The notes under the pieces are model-generated. The model was not told the DNA's origin, searched no databases, and saw only the letters and a program-made list of their open reading frames with translations. Source: an uncultured delta proteobacterium (GTDB lineage Bacteria > Myxococcota_A > UBA9160 > SMWR01). Taken from it: a stretch of 64,000 nt of DNA. Numbering within the stretch: the first letter of the stretch is position 1; every line of letters begins with the position of its first letter. Both the position numbers and the translations under genes were made by a program. Below, piece by piece: positions 60,174 to 64,000 of this stretch. The stretch spans positions 320,001 through 384,000 of the forward strand of contig CAWHTE010000004.1 of assembly GCA_963832165.1 (NCBI GenBank), in the 5' to 3' direction.

Positions 60174-61142
60174 CTAACGGCCCACTTTCGCGCTGGAATA
60201 AAATCCTACGCCCCCATGGGGAGCCGCCGCCTCCTCCCAGGCGCTGGTCGCGTTCTCGAGGAGGGTCTCGGGGTCATCGCCTTCGTCGGGGTAGAGCGAG
60301 ATTCCGACGCACGCCTCGAGCCCCATCACGACGCCGCGCTCGAGATCGATCTCGAGGCCCTGCATCACCGCGCGCAAGGCATGGGCGATCGCCGCGAGCT
60401 GGGCGCGATCGGCATCGCCCTCGAGCACGACCGCGAAGCGCGTCGCGTCGAGGCGCGCGAGCAGGTCGCCGCCGCGCACACGCAGCGCGAGGTGCTCGCC
60501 GGTGCGCGCGAGCAGCCGTTCGATCGCCTCGGGGACGAACGCCTCGCGCAGCCACTCCAGGTCGGCATACCCCGCGACCATCACGGCGACGGGTGTTCCA
60601 CGCCGCCGCGCGCGCGCGAGTGCACGCGCGAGCTGGCCGAGCAGCTCGATCTCGTCGGCGACGCCGGTCGTCCCCGATCTCGCGCCGCGCACGCCGAGAC
60701 GGCGGTGGCGCTCGATCGCGCGCAGCACGGCGCCCGGAAGCGAGAGCGCGTGCGTGCGCTGCTTGACCAGATAGTCCTCGGCCCCGCCGCGGATGGCGTC
60801 GAGCGCGAGCGCCTCGTCGTCGGTGCTCGTGAGCAGGAGGACGGGCAGGTCGCTCGCCTGCGCGCAGGCGTTCTCGAGCGTCGCGCGCCCCGTGGCGTCG
60901 GGCAGCTTCAGGTCCATCACGAGCGCGTCGTATCCGCCCCGCGCGAGCCGGTCGAGGCCCGCGCCCAGGCGCTCCTCGCGGTCCACCGCGAGCGGCGGTC
61001 GCGAGCGCCGCATCACGCGCTCGACCATGCGCGCGTACTCGGCGTCGTCTTCGACGAGCAGCACGCGGTAGCCAGCGAGCGCAGGCGAATCCGGCGCGGG
61101 CAGCGCCTCCGCAACCGGTCCGCGATCTCCGTCGGGGTCCAT
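60174..61142 (-). CDS. Response regulator with degenerate GGDEF domain
   Basis: REC (LLVEDD, MDLKLPD) and GGDEF fold (DLLARLDATRFAVVL, ACVGISLYPDEG); AGGAG RBS. Confidence 0.8.
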   Translation of the reverse strand: MDPDGDRGPVAEALPAPDSPALAGYRVLLVEDDAEYARMVERVMRRSRPPLAVDREERLGAGLDRLARGGYDALVMDLKLPDATGRATLENACAQASDLPVLLLTSTDDEALALDAIRGGAEDYLVKQRTHALSLPGAVLRAIERHRRLGVRGARSGTTGVADEIELLGQLARALARARRRGTPVAVMVAGYADLEWLREAFVPEAIERLLARTGEHLALRVRGGDLLARLDATRFAVVLEGDADRAQLAAIAHALRAVMQGLEIDLERGVVMGLEACVGISLYPDEGDDPETLLENATSAWEEAAAPHGGVGFYSSAKVGR

Positions 61143-61231
61143 GTTCGATCTCCTCGCCTCTGCTTCCCGCACATCATCGGTGCGCGCCGTGCGCGGGGCG
61201 TGGAGCGTGCGTGGAGATCTCTCGACGGGCG

Positions 61232-61864
61232 CTAGCGGGCGCGCGCGTTCCAGAGGTCGAGCAGCTCGCGCGTCGTCGTGAGCGTCGCAATCGGCGCGAG
61301 CGTGTGCTCGAACACCATCTCCACGTACTCGGCGGGGAAGCCCGCGACCGCGTCGCGCGGAATCACCATCTGGTAGCTCGCGTTCACGGCGTCGAAGGTG
61401 AGGTTCGGGATCGCGACGTTCACGGAGACGCCCACGCCCACGATCGTGGTGACGCCCTCGTTGCGCAGCACCGAATCGAGCTCGGTCCCCTGGAACGGCG
61501 ACAGGCCGTGCAGGCGGGGGATTACGAGGTCGTCGGGCTCGGCACCGATCTCCGGCGCCAGCGCGGCGGCCTCGGAGCCCGGAGCGAGCGGCCGCTCCGT
61601 GCGCGCCATGTACTGGAACAGCCGCGCGTTGCGGTTGGCGCCAAAGCCGTCGGGGCGGCGCTCGGCGGTGCAGTGGATGATCCGCACGCCAGCGCTGCGC
61701 GCGGCCGCGACGAGCTGCGCGACGTGGCGGACCATGTCCACGCGCGCCACGCCCGCGGCGAGCCCGGGCAGCGCGGACTTCTCGCCGATCACGCCCTGCT
61801 GACACTCCTGAGTGACGAGCGCGGTGTGCGCAGGATCGACGAGTGTTGCGAGGTCGAGCGGCAC
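61232..61864 (-). CDS. Isochorismatase/cysteine hydrolase family protein
   Basis: TALVTQECQ, SPFQGTELDSVLRNEGVTTIVGVGVS, IPRDAVAG. Confidence 0.82.
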   Translation of the reverse strand: MPLDLATLVDPAHTALVTQECQQGVIGEKSALPGLAAGVARVDMVRHVAQLVAAARSAGVRIIHCTAERRPDGFGANRNARLFQYMARTERPLAPGSEAAALAPEIGAEPDDLVIPRLHGLSPFQGTELDSVLRNEGVTTIVGVGVSVNVAIPNLTFDAVNASYQMVIPRDAVAGFPAEYVEMVFEHTLAPIATLTTTRELLDLWNARAR

Positions 61865-61866
61865 GT

Positions 61867-62523
61867 TCAGGAGCGCTCGTAGCGCCACGGGTCGCCGTGC
61901 GCCCAGAGGCGATGACGCGCACCCGCGGCCTCGAGCTCGCCGCTCTCGTAGCCCGCATCTCCGGGGTAGAGCATGCACGCGCCGTTCTCGCTGCGGTGGA
62001 CGTGCGGACGGAACGGCTCGGGCATCCGGGCCGGCAGCACGCGCAGTGCTTCGGCCGCCTTTTCGAACTCGATCAGCCAGGTCACCGTGACGAACGTCGG
62101 CGGCGCGAGCCGCAGCGCGTGCTCGTGATGCGCGCGCAGAGCGTCGGTCGGTGCGATCCAGCGGTGGTTCGAGATCTCGGTGCCGTCGACGCTCACCGCG
62201 GCGTCCGCCGGAGCGATGGCCGCGAAGAACCAGGTGTCGAATCGCCGGGGCGCGAGGTCTGGCGTGATCCAGCGCGAGATCTCCACGAGCCCGCGCGGAT
62301 CGAGGGCGAGCCCCGCTTCCTCGTCGGCCTCGCGCACCGCAGCGCGCCGTGCATCGTCGGCGGGCGAACCGCCGCTGCGCCGATCGATCGCGTCGACCTT
62401 ACCGCCCGGGAACACCCAGAGACCCGGCTGTCCCTCGCGCGGAGTGCGCTGGAGCAGCAGCACCTCGAGGCCGGGTGAATCGCGCAGTACGACGACGGTG
62501 CCGGAGGGGTGGGGCTCGCTCAC
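61867..62523 (-). CDS. NUDIX hydrolase
   Basis: VFPGGKVD...AAVREADEEAG Nudix box; WITP...RRFDTWFF. Confidence 0.88.
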   Translation of the reverse strand: MSEPHPSGTVVVLRDSPGLEVLLLQRTPREGQPGLWVFPGGKVDAIDRRSGGSPADDARRAAVREADEEAGLALDPRGLVEISRWITPDLAPRRFDTWFFAAIAPADAAVSVDGTEISNHRWIAPTDALRAHHEHALRLAPPTFVTVTWLIEFEKAAEALRVLPARMPEPFRPHVHRSENGACMLYPGDAGYESGELEAAGARHRLWAHGDPWRYERS

Positions 62524-62624
62524 GCGGGCATTCTACCGTTTCGACGGCGGTCAGAGGGAGGCGTCGATGATCACGGTCCGCGCGCTGATCTCCGCTACTT
62601 TCGACTGCCCGCGCGGAGGTTGCT

Positions 62625-64000
62625 ATGCCCGAGTTCCTCTACCAGCCGATCCTCGAGCACGGCCACGACGAAACGACCTACCGCCGCCTCGAGGGTCCGT
62701 CGCAGCGCGTGCGCGTGACCCAGCACGGCAGCCGCAGCGTGCTCGAGGTGGAGCCCGAGGCGTTGCGCGAGCTCGCCGCCGTCGCGCTCGATGACATCTC
62801 GCACCTGCTGCGCGCGAGCCACCTCGCGCAGCTCGCGCGCATCCTCGACGATCCCGAGGCCAGCGACAACGACCGCTTCGTGGCGCTCGAGCTGCTCACG
62901 AACGCGAACATCGCGGCGGGGCGCGAGCTGCCGGGCTGTCAGGACACCGGCACCGCGATCGTGGTCGGTTACAAAGGAGAAAACGTGTACACGGGCGCCG
63001 ACGACGCGCGCGCGCTGTCGCACGGGATCTACGACACCTATCAGACGCGCAACCTGCGCTACTCGCAGATGGCGCCGCTCGACCTGTACACGGAGAAGAA
63101 CACGGGCACCAATCTGCCCGCGCAGGTCGAGATCTACTCGCTACCGGGCGCCACGTACGAGCTCCTGTTCATCGCGAAGGGCGGGGGGTCCGCGAACAAG
63201 ACGTTCCTGTTCCAGGAGACGAAGGCGCTGCTCAACCCCGAGTCGCTGATGCGCTTCCTCGAGGAGAAGATCCGCGCGATCGGCACCTCGGCGTGTCCGC
63301 CCTATCACCTCGCAATCGCGATCGGCGGCACCTCGGCCGAGTTCACGTTGAAGACCGTCAAGCTCGCGAGCTGCCACGCGCTCGACGACCTGCCCACGAC
63401 GGGCAACGCGCTCGGACGCGCGTTCCGCGACCGCGCGCTCGAGGAGCAGGTGCAGAAGCTCTGCAACGAGATCGGAATCGGCGCCCAGTTCGGCGGCAAG
63501 TACTTCGCGCACGACGTGCGCGTGGTGCGGCTGCCGCGCCACGGCGCCTCGTGTCCGGTCGGGCTCGGCGTGTCGTGCTCGGCCGATCGCCAGGTGAAGG
63601 CGAAGATCACCGCGGCGGGCGTGTTCCTCGAGCAGCTCGAGACCAACCCCGCGAAGTACCTGCCGGAGGTGACGCCCACCGACCTCGCAGGCGAGGTGGT
63701 GCAGATCGACCTGCGGCGCCCGATGCGCGACATCCTCGCCGAGCTGTCGCGCCATCCCGTCGCCACGCGGCTCTCGCTCTCGGGGCCGATGATCGTGGCC
63801 CGCGACATCGCACACGCGAAGCTCAAGGAACGCCTCGATCGCGGCGAGGATCTGCCGCAATACTTCAAGGATCACATGATCTATTACGCGGGCCCCGCGA
63901 AGACGCCGCTCGGGCGCGCGTCGGGGTCGTTCGGGCCCACCACGGCCGGGCGCATGGACTCCTACGTGGATCTGTTCCAGAGCCGCGGCGGCAGCATGGT
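62625..64000 (+). CDS. fumA: Class I (Fe-S) fumarate hydratase, 3' truncated by window
   Basis: GGAGG RBS and ATG 62625 (MPEFLYQP); translated by hand: [52 protein letters not shown]; fumA versus fumB cannot be resolved. Confidence 0.92.
   Translation, partial: MPEFLYQPILEHGHDETTYRRLEGPSQRVRVTQHGSRSVLEVEPEALRELAAVALDDISHLLRASHLAQLARILDDPEASDNDRFVALELLTNANIAAGRELPGCQDTGTAIVVGYKGENVYTGADDARALSHGIYDTYQTRNLRYSQMAPLDLYTEKNTGTNLPAQVEIYSLPGATYELLFIAKGGGSANKTFLFQETKALLNPESLMRFLEEKIRAIGTSACPPYHLAIAIGGTSAEFTLKTVKLASCHALDDLPTTGNALGRAFRDRALEEQVQKLCNEIGIGAQFGGKYFAHDVRVVRLPRHGASCPVGLGVSCSADRQVKAKITAAGVFLEQLETNPAKYLPEVTPTDLAGEVVQIDLRRPMRDILAELSRHPVATRLSLSGPMIVARDIAHAKLKERLDRGEDLPQYFKDHMIYYAGPAKTPLGRASGSFGPTTAGRMDSYVDLFQSRGGSM

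Overview
High-GC bacterial window. Tad pilus, PEP-CTERM-like and PilZ genes point to a diderm organism, and the enzyme repertoire resembles Myxococcota-like or Binatota-like lineages (inference only). Left to right: (1) the 3' end of a tad/Flp pilus operon (cpaE, cpaF, tadB, tadC, tadD); (2) about 30 kb of catabolic genes (luciferase-like and F420-type oxidoreductases, SDRs, amidohydrolases, acyl-CoA dehydrogenases, CoA-transferase, sulfotransferase, phosphotransferase); (3) a roughly 10 kb surface-protein island at 36.0-45.6 kb; (4) PilZ, an HMG-CoA-synthase-like/DUF35 fusion with a thiolase, and hspQ; (5) a 10 kb phosphorelay cluster; (6) the start of a class I fumarate hydratase. The island is the most striking part. 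It holds three overlapping, tandem paralogues. Each has a conserved ~75-aa extended leader, 15 FG-GAP-like repeats arranged strictly 5+5+5 with variable loops, and a PEP-CTERM-like tail. A PEP-CTERM FGE-sulfatase-domain gene follows them. The second notable signal is a structured intergenic repeat present twice (9.8-10.0 kb and 18.5-19.0 kb) whose stems are conserved despite sequence change. Several single-base frameshifts, densest at 34.8-37.7 kb, may be sequencing errors. I found no rRNA, tRNA, CRISPR array, transposase or integrase.
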